Numbered from the stretch's first letter, positions 49,792-64,000 are shown. The stretch is DNA of 64,000 bases from Octopus sinensis (GCF_006345805.1 NC_043016.1:22754001-22818000); one strand, 5' to 3'. Translations and numbers: made by a program. Notes: generated by a model not told the origin, from the sequence alone.

Positions 49792-50407
49792 CTGCCAAAG
49801 AAATATGAATAACATTTAGACTATGTATATTTCAATATTTCATGAAAATATGACATTAAAAAATTAATAATTGTAGGTTTCTTTATTGCTGAAAGAGAGG
49901 AAGACTAACCAACAATTGCAGTGAATGAGGAGAACAGAACCAGTGATGAAGATCATAAAGAGAAATTGAATGAGTGGGCTGCATCATAAGAATGACAGAA
50001 GAGTGAAAGAAATAATGTGAAAGGAAGCAGAGAGAAAAACCACAAAAAGTATAGCTAAAGGTGATGGAGACCATTGTGCGGCTTGTAAAGCTAAACTCTA
50101 GCAGAGAAAATAGCCTTAAAATATTTTCTGTTACTTCTTTGTAGCTGTATATATTTACACAGAGTAAGTTATAGGTGGCTAAATGATTAGTATTACAATT
50201 CCAACTGGAGTACTGTTAGTGTTTTGTCTGTAGCAATAAATGAAAGATGTGGGTTTATATAGACCAAAACATGGTTAAGAAAAGGTACAAGAAGACAAAG
50301 TTCTCATGTATACCACATAAACCCAAGAGTTCTAGGACTCAATCAAAATTAGTCAATTAGAACAATCAACTATGAATAATGAGGTAGTTTTAATGCACAT
50401 TAAACAA

Positions 50408-50475
<68 letters not shown>

Positions 50476-51422
50476 TAAGTAACAAAATCTGAAATGTTAA
50501 TTTAAAATTAATGAAAGACTTATGGGTTTATATTAAACAGTTATAAACATTTCCCTTTGAGTGTTATGGGCTAGAAACTCAGTCATCATATGAGGTAATT
50601 TGCTATTAGAAAAGGATTACAAGAGTTCATACATCCAGGTAGAAACAGAAAAGTCAAAATAAGATTGTTCTACAATTATGAAATGAAATTCTGAGATCAC
50701 TAGTTTAATGATCCATAATAGTTGTATAGCCCCAAGACAAAACTTCACTCAGCAGACCTTGAAAAGATTCCAGCAGTAACCATATTCTTTTTCTTTTTTT
50801 TCGGACATAGTATTATGCACTATATTTCATTAACTGTATAATGTGATATGAGAACAATTTGGCTGTTATTTCTTGTATTTCATTAGTAGTGCTAGACTAT
50901 GTCCATGAGAAATCGACAGTCGAGCACATTCTTAAATGTGCTGGACACAGAGGAAAGAAACAATGCTATTTAATGAATTTCCTCAACAGGTCTGCATCTA
51001 CACAAGTTCCATCACCATAACACTAAAATATGGAATCTTATAAGATTTGTGGGACAGATAAAAGTGAATGTATTAACATTGTAAGAAGATTGTTCTTGTT
51101 AAATTCTCTGTTACCTCTAAAAGAAGACCTGTGACATATGAATATATTTGTTAACCATCTATTTCTGTCAACTATACTGTTTAATAATTATATATTTTAA
51201 GACTGTAGCTTTCTTCTATTTAAATACAACCACTCTCGGAGTGGTTGGCATTAGGAAGGGCATCCAGCTGTAGAAACTCTGCCAAATCAAGATTGGTGCC
51301 TGGTGCAGCCATCTGGTTCGCCAGCCCTCAGTCAAAATCGTCCAACCCATGCCAGCATGGAAAGCGGACGTTAAACGATGATGATGAGGAGGAGTTTTTA
51401 CAGGGAGATTTGATTGTTGAGT

Positions 51423-51632
51423 TACTCTTTACTCTTTTACTTGTTTCAGTCATTTGACTGCAGCCATGCTGGAGCATCGCCTTTGGTCGAGCAACTCGAC
51501 CCTGGGACTTATTCTTTGTAAGCCCAGTACTTATTCCATCGGTCTCTTTTGCCGAACCGCTAAGTGACGGGGGCATAAACACACCAGCATCGGTTGTCAA
51601 GCAATGCTAGGGGGACAAACACAGACACACAT

Positions 51633-51684
<52 letters not shown>

Positions 51685-51844
51685 CAGGCTTCTTTCAGTT
51701 TCCGTCTACCAAATCCACTCACAAGGTATTGGTTGGCCCGGGGCTGTAGCAGAAGACACTTGCCCAAGATGCCACGCAGTGGGACTGAACCCGGAACCAT
51801 GTGGTTGGTTAGCAAGCTACTTGCTACACAGCCACTCCTGTGCC
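51423..51844 (-). mobile_element. tRNA-derived SINE, full length and relatively young
   Basis: A-box-like tggctgtgtag, B-box-like ggttcagtcc, central (TA)n, tail ...tgactgaaacaagtaaaagagtaaaagagt. Older copies of the family lie at about 41290-41690 (+), 55110-55430 (+), 60890-61230 (-), 27050-27390 (-) and 20960-21240 (-). Confidence 0.85.
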
Positions 51845-52195
51845 TTAGTTAGTAAATATTTCTATACTGAAACTTCACTAGTTCATGTAGCTCCTATTAT
51901 AAAGGCAGCAGGAAGTTCATTGAGAGGAAATTTTGGTGCCACATAGAGTAAGATCATTTGACAACTTGGAACCTTTTATTTGATTGTGTGTTCCTTTATT
52001 TTGAAAGCTCTGTGTAAATTGGACAAGAAAGATTTGGCTATTACACAAAACAGTTCTAATAAAAATGTAAAAATGACCTCATCAACTCTTAAAATGAACA
52101 AAAAGTGGCTATCAAAACAAAGCATTTTCATTAGATAATTAAAAAGAGTGTGTTTCTTTGACAGATCTGGCAAAATTAAAGACAACAAATAATTT

Positions 52196-54383
52196 CTAGA
52201 AACAGAAGCACCCGGCATTGCCCAGGAATTAAATTTTTCCTTATATATTGGAAGAAAAAAGCAAAATATGTTGTATAGAAATTTGTTATTCTAAATTCAA
52301 TCTATTCTTCAATTGGGATAAAATTTATTCTTTAATTGGGAAATCAGTTCTGAATTCATAATACAAAATAAACGAAAATACAAAATTTACCACTTTTATG
52401 CTAGAGCAACCAACATAAAAGTGACCATGAGAAAAGCAAGCCAGTAGATTTCAAAGACTGACCTTGAGCTTTATTAATAGACATTGCAAAGCAAAGTCGC
52501 ACTGGGAACTGTGTTCATTTGAACACAAATGGCATGCCTATTGGCTTGATTGGAATTCTTGGAATGATAGCCTTTTCCCCAGAGGCACATCCATTGATGA
52601 TAGCTTCTGTCACATTAGGTGACCATGTCTTCACAATCAACCTTGTCCCATTGCATAATTTAGGAAGATCTAAATTTCTTAGAAGCATTATTGGGACTCC
52701 CACCTTCAGAAAAAGTTTCTGTGGAGGAGTTCCAGGTGGCTCAAGAGAATTAAGGAAGGACTGAATAAATTGATTTGGACTCCTTAATGACTGTTGGAAT
52801 CTCATTCAATTCATGGTTAATCTTTGCTACTCTCTTTTTTTAGAGCAAAAATTGCCATTTCACACAACAATTTATGTGAATTATAATTATTACTTAAGTC
52901 TGGCAATACTCTGTTCTTCAAATTCAGTTGGGAAATTCCCCATGATAGCAATATGAGCCAAACTGATATCACCATTCCCATCAAATGGTACTTTCCCCAT
53001 TTCCTAATTGGAGGAACCAGGTTGAAAATTGTTTTGCACATTGGTCCCCATGGAATAAAGGTCACACATTAGTATTGAAGGAGAATTTCAGTACTTTATT
53101 CCATAGGTATGAAGACTTAATGCATACTTTTATTTCATCAGATCTTGTTCGTCTGGGAATGACTGGTAATGTCTGTCTGAAGTCTCCAGATAAAACTAAT
53201 GTAATCCCTCCCATAGATTTATTGTTGCCTCTAATGACCTGTAAGGTCTTACCAAGAGCTTCCATTGCACCTCTATGTGACATGGTGCATTCACCCCAAA
53301 TGATAAATTGGCATTTAAAAGCAGAATGAGTTGTTTGTCCCCCTGGGAGAATGGTGGCAGCAAAGCCAGACAATGGTACAGCAACTGCAATTCTTTTTGC
53401 TACCTTACCTTGGAGAGAGGCAATGTTACAAATGTTTTACCTGTGCAATCAGGAGCATCAAAAAAGATAATTCCTCTGCTTTTTTCTGGCGATTGTGGAA
53501 TGCTGCACACATGCGCACACACACAGATATATATATATATATATATATACAAACAGTATCAAACATCAGATGAAATGGACATGTGTGAGAGAGAGCAAGA
53601 GAAGGGGTGTGTTGTCATGTATACGTACATACATAAATTGGCATACATCTTTCTGGTATGCATGTGTGCGGGTGTATGTAAGAGAGAGAGAGAGCCACTT
53701 AAACATCACTCCCTCTCTCATGCACACAGAAAAAAAGATGTATGCATATGTATTTATGTATGTATGCATACATGACAACACAACCCTTCACTCACACACA
53801 CATACATACATAAATCTATACATACATGCAAAAACACACATGTGCATGTGTGACTGACTACAAATACATAGAGCTGAATATGGTGTGCAAAAAGAAAATT
53901 AATTTTTACGGAAATTAACGAAGTGTGCGAGTTCAAAATGAAATCAAATCTGGAGAGAGAGAGGGGGAGAGAGAGGGGGTGTATACTGCAAACAATGAAG
54001 GACATAAATAGGGAATTAAATAAATCGCAGAAATAAAAACACATTAAAAACTATCTTGTACCGAATATTTAAATTTGTGAACTTCATAAATATTTCTTTC
54101 AGTAATTTATCATAGTTGTTTACAAATAGCAAACATTAAAATAGAGAGTGAGACAGAGCCGTTTATACGTCAATACTGGAAAGTGACATTGGGAAACCTT
54201 TTTAAAGAAGTGAATCATAAATATAAAGCAATATTTTTTTTTTTTTAATAAAAAATCAAAAATCAAATGAAGACCTTATATGTCTGAAGTCAAATTATTC
54301 ATGCATCATAAGTATGGAAGTAATTGAAGACATTTTCACGTGAAAAGTGAATACACACACACACCTCTACTTTATATATTAGA
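52196..54383 (-). mobile_element. Internally deleted Helitron with PIF1-like helicase remnant and both termini
   Basis: Frameshifted helicase motifs on minus: FFDAPDCTGKTF (Walker A-like), [69 protein letters not shown]. 5' end A|TCTAATATATAAAG at 54383. GC hairpin (cctgggcaatgccggg) shortly before CTAG at 52196-52199. Confidence 0.88.
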
Positions 54384-55769
54384 TGAAAATCAAAACTTAA
54401 TATCTTAGATAACGACGATAAAGCAAACACATTTTAATGATTTAGACCAGGTCAGTATGACCCCGAAGGGTCCATATATTGAGAGGTCTACACAACAAAA
54501 TAAGTTGGGGATTCACAATATTTTAACAGTGTATCCATTTCACCAATTCCCAACCCTTAATTTTTCAAATTTGAAAATGAACTCAAAGACTATTTTGCTT
54601 TAACCTTCATAACTGAACAATAATAATCACTGACAACATGAGAGGAAGTCATCCTCAAACTGGAAGCCTGATCTAAACTCTTGCAATGGAGTGGATTCTA
54701 CTAAAAGCACCCTGGGAACCAAATAGTGGTTAATCTCAGCAACTGATTAAGTTTATCACTCAAAATATTAAAATTTCAACAATATGCAGCTTTAGCTGGG
54801 TATTCTCATGGAATTGTTGCTCAAATGAAGTCTTTTAATGAAGAAAAAACTGCTACCAGAATCCTATTCACACATACAGTATGGAGAGAACTAAGTTAAG
54901 AACCCTTGTCTTCAGTGTTAATGCAATTTTTAATTGTCCCACTTAATAAACGGTGAATGGTACCAGTACAAAATAGACATGAAGTAGCCAGCTGTAAAAA
55001 CCTCTATCAAATATTCTACCCAAGAATTGGAATTCTATATAAAAAGCAACAATAAAAAATTTATTATTTTCTTTAACTGAACTTGGAACCAAAACATTAG
55101 GTCTTAATTGGTTTTAAAATTCTGGCCATATGATTCTAGGTTCAGTCTCACTGTTTGGCACCTTCAGCAAGTGTCCCCTACTATAGCTTCAGGCCAATCA
55201 AAGCCTTGTGAGTGGATTTCATAGACAGAAACTGAAAGAAGCGTGTGTCCATCCCTCCATCACTTGATAACAGCTGTTGGTGTGTTTACATCCATGTAAC
55301 TTAGTAGTTCAGCATAAGAGTCCAAACGAATAAGTATCAGGAATGAAAAAAAAAGGACCAGGGTAGATTCATTTGACGAAAGTTCAAGGCAGTGCCCCAG
55401 CATGGTCACAGTCTAATGGCAAACAAGTCAAATAAATGGTTAGTCGTTGCTGATCCCTTAAAAGTGACAACACAGGTCAAGTGCTGTGTTGTCAACACAA
55501 ACGCTGAAGAAAATATCTACCATTATTGACTAGAAAGTCACTTGACAAAGAGTTCATATCCTGGTAAAATGGATTTCATCTTTCATGCCTCCAGACTTTA
55601 CAAAATAGATACCTGTAATGCAAATGGGTTTGATTCAATAAAATATATTCTTTCTTCTATAAAACTGATATTGTTATAAAAGAAATCATGCCAGTAGGCC
55701 GTGTCAATTCTTGGCTGTTAAACCTAGAATACAGGCGTATAGGGTACAGTTGTCAAATTTTGGTTTTCA

Positions 55770-56220
55770 TGCTAGATGACCAAATGCAGTGGGCAGAGAT
55801 ATTACATCAAGTTTTGCCAAAAGCTTGGTGATACTCAAGCTCAAACCATCTACAAGATTCAGCATGCCTTTGGTGATGATTCCATGGCTAAAATATCTCA
55901 GCTCAAGGAGTGCTACAACTGCTTCAAACTTGACAGCATCTCAGTGGCGAATGAGGCACACTAAGGCAGGCCATCCATAAGCCAAAACAAGGAGTCAACT
56001 GAGAAGGTTCAGCAAACAGTCATGGAAGACTTGTGTAAAAATCAAGAAAATTGCTTACAAAGTGGGAACAAGTACAAGATCAGTGCATTTCATTTTAATG
56101 GTGGATTTGTGCATACATAGAGCGTCAGCAAAATTCATCCCTAAAGTGCTGGCAGAGCAGGAGAAGCAACTCTGAATGGAAATCACTCAGGACATGCTGA
56201 ACTATACAAACCGAACCACA
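55770..56220 (+). mobile_element. Mariner transposase N-terminal (HTH) remnant
   Basis: QRYYIKFCQKLGDTQAQTIYKIQHAFGDDSM...KECYNCFK...GRPS followed by an SVSKIHP (AKFVP-like) remnant. Confidence 0.8.
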
Positions 56221-57074
56221 ACGTTCAGGCCTAAGTACACAGAATAATCATTCTAGAGGGAATAAGAGAGAGAAAGAGAACAGTTGGGGCTAACTGAATA
56301 AAAACAGAGCAGCAAATGTAGCCATTGTAAAGAACAGTAACAAGTGAAAATATTGTTAAGATTTGACCTAAAAATTGTCTTGACAGAAGAAATTAAAAGT
56401 TTTCTAGTATAAGACACACAAAAGAAAGAGCAACAAAATGTAAAGACAGAAATGGAAAAAGAAAGGTGACAAAGAAATAAAGAAAAATGAAATAAAGAAA
56501 AACAAACTGTAGAAATTAGCAATGGCTGCTGCTACTACTACTACTATCACCACCACCACCACAGTATTAAAACTGTCAGCTGAAGAAATTTCAGCAAGAT
56601 ACATTAGGGGCTAAAAACTTCTAAAAATAAAACCCAGGACTGTTTTATTTCTTATGTATTTCTGGGAAGGGGGGTTTAATTTCAAAATTTGTTTTAAAAA
56701 AAAAAAATTAGCATAATGTAGAACATTGCTATGTTCCACTTTCTGCAAGTTCTGTAATACTAGAAAATAAAAACTCATTTGGATGAAGTTATTTACTACT
56801 AAAAGTTATAGTACAGCAGAAGTATAGAATGCGAAATGGATTAAATGCTCGACAGCAGCTAGTTTTGATCCCTCAGTATTCTCAGTTAAAAATTTTACCA
56901 TGGTCATTCTGCAGTGTCAAAATAAGCACAAGTAGTAATTATACTGATTAAATTGACTAGAGATTTCATTTCTAAAAAGAAGTCTTCTGCTCAGTTTCAG
57001 AGAAATATATTAATAGGGATTTGTATATATTACCACCAGCTGAGATGAAGTGTCTATAGCCACAACTGGTGGAG

Positions 57075-57175
57075 GGATGTATATTATCTACTGGGGAGGG
57101 GGGTTGTATATTACTACCAACAGGGAAAGGGGCTGTATATTACTGCCAACTAGAGAGGCGGTTGTATATTACTAG
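57075..57175 (+). repeat. Degenerate ~29-30 bp minisatellite
   Basis: Three to four units of tgtatattact(a/g)ccaac...g-rich. Confidence 0.6.
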
Positions 57176-57846
57176 AAACATATATGACCAGTAATTGGTA
57201 GGTGGATATAACTACCAGATAAAGTAGAGAAATGAACAAACCACATGATCATCACCAGCATTTTTATTATTACTTCTGCTATCAGCACCACAACTCTTCC
57301 AACTTGTGCTTAACCATCAGTACCACTTCACATACCCTACTATATCTTTTAGTGAGAGATTTTCTGCTCATTTGTCTGTCCCTCTTTATACTGATCTCTA
57401 CATCTAGGGAAGTGACATTTTTTTATAACTAGTCTGTTGGAGTAATTGTTTTTAGCAATAATCATTATAGATAGATATTATAAGATGGATTGAACATGCT
57501 ATATTACATATCACTATAATTATTTCAACACATCATCCAGCAGTTCATTGTTGAATGTTACATATATTATAAATAATATTGCATTAAATAATATCACTCA
57601 GTAATAGTGACATGCATCTCTGCAGTTGAGTAGAGTAAAAGGCTTTTTACTCTACATGTAATAAAGCATGTTCAGTCCATCTCTTAATATTTTGGTATAT
57701 ACTCTATGGATATTTATGGATTTCTACATGTTCATCTAGAGCAGAAGTCTCACTATATGAAAGCATTTAGTAGTCAATACCCACAAAGGAACTTTGGAAA
57801 GCATTCAATAAGATCTCTTTTTACCCAGATTTTATTAAAATACTAT

Positions 57847-57879
<33 letters not shown>

Positions 57880-60800
57880 CACACATACATACATACACAC
57901 ACAAACATAGTATATACATGTGTGTGTGTGTGTGTGTGTTTGTATACACACATATACACACACTCAGAGTTTGGTATCTATGTTTATAACTTACAAAAGA
58001 AGCCTTGAAAAATTTGAAGATATATTTAAAATTATGCAGAATTGGAGTTGGACAATTCTCTAAATTTTCTCAGACTTTACTAGAAAAAAAAAAGGAGAAT
58101 GGTAAACATCAAACAAAATCCTAAAAACAAATAATGAGCAAAAGAGAGAGAAAGGGCACTATACACACACACTTCAAATGAAAGTGTGCGTTTATATGAA
58201 GCACTTTTATAATTTGCAACTTAAAATTCTCACTGACACAAAATCTCCACCAAAGTCAACTTGCATTTATGTAAGACAAGAACAAATGCTTGACATAATG
58301 GAATTGGTTCAATTAACTATCTCTCCTATAAACTATATGGCTCATGTGACAATCATTATTATAATTATCAATATTTTTTTGTTGTTGTTTTTGTTTTGTT
58401 CCCATAGAAGCACTACAGGAGTATAGTATAGTACTTCTATACATCATTGGGCAGTTTCTCCTACCATGTCCATCATTCTTACTATTAATCACTTTTCTGA
58501 TTGTTATTAAAACAAAAGAGGCTGAAAGAATGATGACTTGAAACAAAATGCAATACCTGATTAAGTAAGAATTAAACTTGTGAACATGCAGTCAGTAAAC
58601 CAACAGTCTGGACTACCTACAAACTGAATTATCGGATCTGATTTAAAGCTTGCCTAACTACACAAGAGCAAAAAGAAACTAAAGATGATTCCTTTGTATA
58701 TGTTTTATGTAGACACAAGCAATATATTTCAAGTTTCACTGTGACACAAGCAGCATTAAGAAAGATAAGATAAAATGTAATGTCCATTCTTTTCTTTTCA
58801 TGAGTGTTACAGCTATACTGTGGTGATATCAGATATCATATCATGATAAGGGAATGTATTTCTATAACCTACTGATTAAATAATGTTGTCAAGCACATGA
58901 GGCAGAATAATTCTTGATTATTTGTGAGTAATATTTTTTATCTTACTAGGAAATATAATCCAACTTAAATCTGGTCTATTATCATTACACAGGATATCAA
59001 ATGTTAAAACAACTAAAATCATCAAAATACAGTAGCCAATATAGTTACAAGAGTATTCATTTATTACTTATCCTCCACCTTACTCCATAATCAAAGAAAC
59101 AATACTGGATGTGGGCAATGGTAGAGTTTATAACAAATTATGCTCCAGTTTATAACCAAATCTACAAAGTTACAATGGACATCTTCAAGGATACATCACT
59201 TCAATTTCACCATGAAAATATTCTTGTGAAAGATATGCAGATCATAACTTCTAGTTTCTGAACTTTAATAAATCCAAGGATATATCTACCTAGTGAAGAC
59301 AATGTGACATCACTAATATGGTGCAGTGAGCCTCTTTCACCATATAGTATTTCAGAACACCCATCCCACACCCACCACTCAAAAATGCTTATTTTAACCA
59401 AATCAAAGTTAATTTCGTGCAGAGGTTTATCACATTCTTATATCATCCTATACAGCATATGTCCCTTAAGATATTTGTGTAGACTACTGTTGCTTTGTAA
59501 AAATTTGTTGAAATCACAAAAATGTATCAAGAATGAATGAATGTAACGAGATATTGGACCTTGCTTCAGACATTGCTTACATTTCTGCTCACTGGTAACA
59601 TCCAACTCCTATTGTAATCTCAAGTACTTTTTTTTTTTAAAATATGTTTCAAATATAATTATTGTATCCAGTTTATATATTTTAAGGAAAATTATGACCC
59701 TTTTAAATACCAAACAAAATCCCTCAGCACCCAAATGATATATGATGCACCTTTATGACCTTAAAGCACACCCAAAGGAGTATTACCGTCTATGCTGAGA
59801 AGCATTATAACAAATATCTAGCTGTGTTCAGAAGTATGTGTCTAAATATCATAAATATGGAATAATATATCATTTCTCTCTAGAATAAGATTTAAATCCT
59901 AGAAATTCTTTTGAAACCCAAAGAATATGAAACCCCAAGAAACATGAAATGACATAATTCCAGTTCTTTTACAAACACAGCAAAATAGTCTGAGCTTAAA
60001 TATTTGCTGGATCTACATAATTTACAAAATGAGTTGTGTTGATATGTACAAACTAATTGATCAAAAAATTCATATAATTAAATTTTAAAAAGCTACATAG
60101 TATTTCAAAACAGGATGGTTATAATGGTTTTTACATGGGCTCACATCAAAAATTTGAAAGAATCAATTTCAATATATGCATTTTTTTAAAAATTCTATTG
60201 AGATAAGAAAAATAAAAGTGAAGTTGAACACAAAACTGGAATGAAATTAAATTTTGCAATATATTTAACGTCAAACCTTATTGTGTCTGCCATACATCTA
60301 ATATAGAATTTGTTGTTTCATAATATCAAATGAAACCAACAGATTTTAATATCTTTCCTGCTACCAAATATTAATCTAAATAAATAGTTGGAATGGAGGA
60401 AATACAATAAAAATCAATAAGAAACTAAAAAGATATATTACCTTAGGCTCAATATTGAAACAATGAAGAATATTCCTTTCTTTTGAATGGAAAGATCATT
60501 TTGTATATGGAAGGTGAGTGTACATTGCAGGTACTTATTTTATCTTACCAGGAGGGATGAAAGATAAGTATAAAGTGTCTTGAATAATAACAAAACTAAA
60601 CACAGACATCCCTGATGGTACAGATGTGTTGTGTTCTTGAAAATTTTGCTTCATCATGAAATGTCAAATTTCCCCCAATAATATACAAGTAACATGGCAG
60701 TCAAATGAAATTCAGTTTCATTTTACAGAAGTCCATGTTTCCACAAACATTTCACATCATTTCAGTAACATGAAGAATGCCAGTAACATGAAGAATGCCT

Positions 60801-61724
60801 GCATTCAAACATTTAGACTAGCAATTAAGTCACGGCAACCAATCTATTCTCTCTGGTACCCTTAAAGGAGAAATTCATTTACCTTTTATTTAAGTCATTT
60901 TACTGCAGCCATGTAGGGGCACCACCTTGAAGGATTTTAGTCGGATGAATCAACCCCAGTACTTTTTTGTAAATTCTATCAGTCTCATTTACCAAACTGT
61001 TTAAGGGACATAAACACACCAATACCAGTTGTCAAGTGATGGTGATGTTGGGGGACAAACAGACACACACCACGACAGGCTTCTTTCAGTTTCTGTCTAC
61101 CAAATCCACTCACAAGACTTTGGTCATTCAAGGCAATAGTAGAAGAGACTTGGCCAATGTTCCACACAGTGAGACAGAACCCAGGGTCACGTAGTTATGA
61201 AACAAACTTCTTACCACAAAGCCACACCTGCAGGCATGAGTGTCTTTTGTTGCTCAGTCCCTGGTCAGCCTTATTCAAATAGAAGACTACGATCAAAGAT
61301 GTTCCAACAGTAACCATTGCAAGTAGCTGGGAGGGGGACACATGATTGCATCATCTATTATGTTCTTTAATTATGAGTGTAAGGTTGAAAGTTTTTGCCA
61401 TTTTTAGCAGGGTGAGTGATAACAGAAGCTCCCAAATTTGCTGTTGGTATTTCTGTTTATTAGGTGAATAGAGGATACCTCTTGTAAAGGTAGGAGATAT
61501 AGTTAACTGATATCATTGTAGGGTTTCTTTCTGTCTAGGGTGTCAGAAACATAACTAAATATTATTGGCAGTCAAAATGAATAAGGTGCTATTAAAAATC
61601 TCAACCAGTAATCTCTAAATCTATGACTTCTAAACATTTTTAATACATGCCAAAAATGTGACTATGTACTATTTTTTAAAATGTCAATTTTTATGATTGG
61701 TTAGGTAGATTAGTTACAATATTG

Positions 61725-62115
61725 GAAAAAATGCTTTGCAGTATTTGCTTCAATTAACATTCTGAGTTCAAATCCCACTGAGGTCAACTCATCACACTGG
61801 ATTCCGTGTCAGTCAAGTACTGTGATCAATAGTACTGACTGACACCCTTCCCCTCAAAATTGTGAACTTTGTGCCTAAAGCAAAAATCAAGGGCAGTGAG
61901 CTGGCAGAATCGTTAGCATGCTGGGCAAAATGCTTAGCAACATTTCATCCATCTTTATGTTCTAAGTTCCAATTCCACAGAGGCCAACTTTGCCTTTCAT
62001 TCTTTCAAGGTTAATTGACTAAGTATAAGTTGAGCACTGGTGGGGTCAATGTACTCAACTAGGCCCCTGCCACCAAATTTCAGGCCTTGTGCCTATAGTA
62101 AAAAGGACTATTATT
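61725..62115 (+). mobile_element. Two tandem copies of a second tRNA-derived SINE family
   Basis: gagctggcagaatcgttagc...ttctaagttccaattcc...ctttgcctttcat...ggccttgtgcctatagta. Other copies lie at about 43065-43272 (-), 45303-45503 (-), 24855-25100 (-), 40900-41120 (+) and 4995-5450 (mixed). Confidence 0.8.
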
Positions 62116-64000
62116 GCTGTTATATCAAGATCAGTTGATTAGCAATAGTAAATCATCAGTTCATATGCCCTGCATCCCTTTTACATTTTTAGTTAGAATC
62201 TTGCTGAAATTGACAACTTTTCATCCTTTGGAAATGAAAATAAGTTCTAGTCAAGATCTGGGCCTACACACTGAATTCTTCACTTCCAAAACATAGCTTT
62301 ACCATCATCATTATAAATGTCATTATTATTATCATCATCATTATTATTTAGTTTCATGAACAGGTGTAGTGTCCGAAGCATATTTGTGGGATCAATATAA
62401 ATAATGTTCACCTTGAACCTCTTCACTCCACTGCCTGTAAGAAAAACAAAAATCATGGGAGAGGAAGAGGTTCCAAGGGGTTGCAATCCCGAGAAAAAAA
62501 AGATTGAGTTATGTTGTCTGAAGAAGATAAAACCAAGCAAGCATAAGATATAACTTGATAGTTCAAAAGGGAGTGAAGACCATTATATTTTGCATGTGGT
62601 AAAGTTTGTCCACAGTACTCTGCCATCTGCACCAAATCCATTATTTTACTTTAGTTTATATATATTGATGAATGGCAGATCACTTCTATTCAACATTAAT
62701 TTTGTGACCAATTAAGATTCCTTAGTTCTATTATGTCAATGACTAGCTTGAAATAATAGTTCTCACTGCAATGTGAAATAACCGGAGCAGAATACTGCAG
62801 CAGTTATGAATTAGGTACTGAAAGTGAACCTGATCTATTACACTAATCACTAACTTTCATAGATAGAGGAACCTGTAAAATGCAGGATTCACAGTCAGAA
62901 GCCAAATATTGGTAATTAAACCACACCCCTTCATCATTCATTTAAAATAGGAACTCCAATTTCCATGATCCATTTGTTCAAGTTCCATTAAAATGGGTAA
63001 TATGAATAACTCAAAACTTCTTTGGAAAAGTTTGAACTCTAAACTATAGGTAAAAGTTTTCAAATTTCAAAACCAAGCCACCTATGATGAGTTAAGACAG
63101 CTTCTATGCGGTTGCTCAGACCTGCTATAAATAGCAGCCAAATCTCCCTTGCATGACACCCTACCACATTATAAACATAGTACACATTGGATAATTTAGA
63201 CCCAGAGACAATGTCTGGGGAGGGGGACATCAGGCACCTTTGTCATTGGTTTATTCAATTGCAACCATTCTGAGATCCAAGACAAAAACATTAGCCAGAT
63301 GCATATGTGAAATCATCTTTACTGGGCATTAAACTTGTTCAGTTTAATATAAATCTCTATAAGTCTGTCTAAATCTACCCTCATAATGACACTGAAGCAC
63401 TCACAGGCACTGGTCAACTTGAAGCTATAGTACAGGACACTTGCTCAACATATATTGAGCACTTCCATGTTTTTGTATAAAACAAAAATGCTTGTGTGTG
63501 TCAGTAACAATGTTATTAAATCCATACCATAGTTTTATCCAGATATTTGAACAGATCATGAATAAAATTTACTGTTATCCATTTGAATAGCCATATATTA
63601 CCAGAGCATCGATTAAATCTCATATCGACACTTTACCAACAATGTTTATTGGCCACTTTGTTATGTGCATAAACCCCAACAAAAACATTTTCACCTGGCA
63701 ACTGAAATTCATGTATTCTCAAATCATTTTAAAATTATCAAAAAGTATATAATGATTAGATTATTATACACTTTGTAGTTAACTAAGCAGGTTTCTATAA
63801 CTCTTTCTGCCTTTAAATTACTACAAAGCTGAAATATGACAAATCCATTTCACTAATTTATAGATAAGCTGATCATAAAATAAGATTAAAATTTAGGTTT
63901 TAACAATGCAAAATCATTTATGTTTTTGTTCTTTATTAATAAATTCTCTGTAGATTAAATATATATATTTTTTCTTTAATATGCAATTGACAGTTTTTAA

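Noticed and set aside
53308-54044. Cluster of 70-155 aa ORFs
   Set aside because: They are translations of (TA)/(CA)/(GA) microsatellites within the Helitron. The many YIYI/HTHT/CVCV ORFs elsewhere were rejected for the same reason.
57075-57175. Repeat-spacer-like pattern
   Set aside because: The variable parts are similar to each other; it is a degenerate minisatellite.
62280-62540. Possible upstream JIP3 exon (minus ORF)
   Set aside because: No similarity to the expected exon-1 RH1 sequence (SERV...IYxEFE...EQLxTQYEREK); the ORF runs into an (ATC/ATT)n tract.
50000-64000. JIP3 first exon or promoter
   Set aside because: No RH1 N-terminal coding sequence or CpG-rich promoter-like island was seen; it is presumably beyond the window.

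Overview
AT-rich eukaryotic DNA rich in microsatellites, SINEs, LINEs and DNA transposons. The repeat families look like those of octopus/coleoid cephalopods (inference from recall; no search was run). The backbone is one minus-strand gene, a JIP3/JIP4 (MAPK8IP3/SPAG9; Sunday driver/UNC-16) kinesin/dynein adaptor and JNK scaffold. I could trace ten phase-compatible coding exons from 49791 down to an 18-nt microexon at 822-839. The first exon and all 3' exons (leucine zipper II onward) were not found and probably lie outside the window. The introns hold decayed RTE, RLE-type and CR1-like LINEs, two mariner remnants, a pogo-like and two piggyBac-like MITEs, a Helitron with both ends recognisable, a Helentron/HINE-like element with a Gypsy integrase fragment inside it, and many tRNA-derived SINEs. 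I found no convincing wholly new multi-gene system. The best leads are: (1) the conserved microexon and several unannotated, regulated-looking splice signals, above all 30620-30721; (2) a ~294-bp fold-back SINE/Penelope-type element with a minimal hammerhead ribozyme motif; (3) other fold-back structures that could form dsRNA in this probably neural pre-mRNA.
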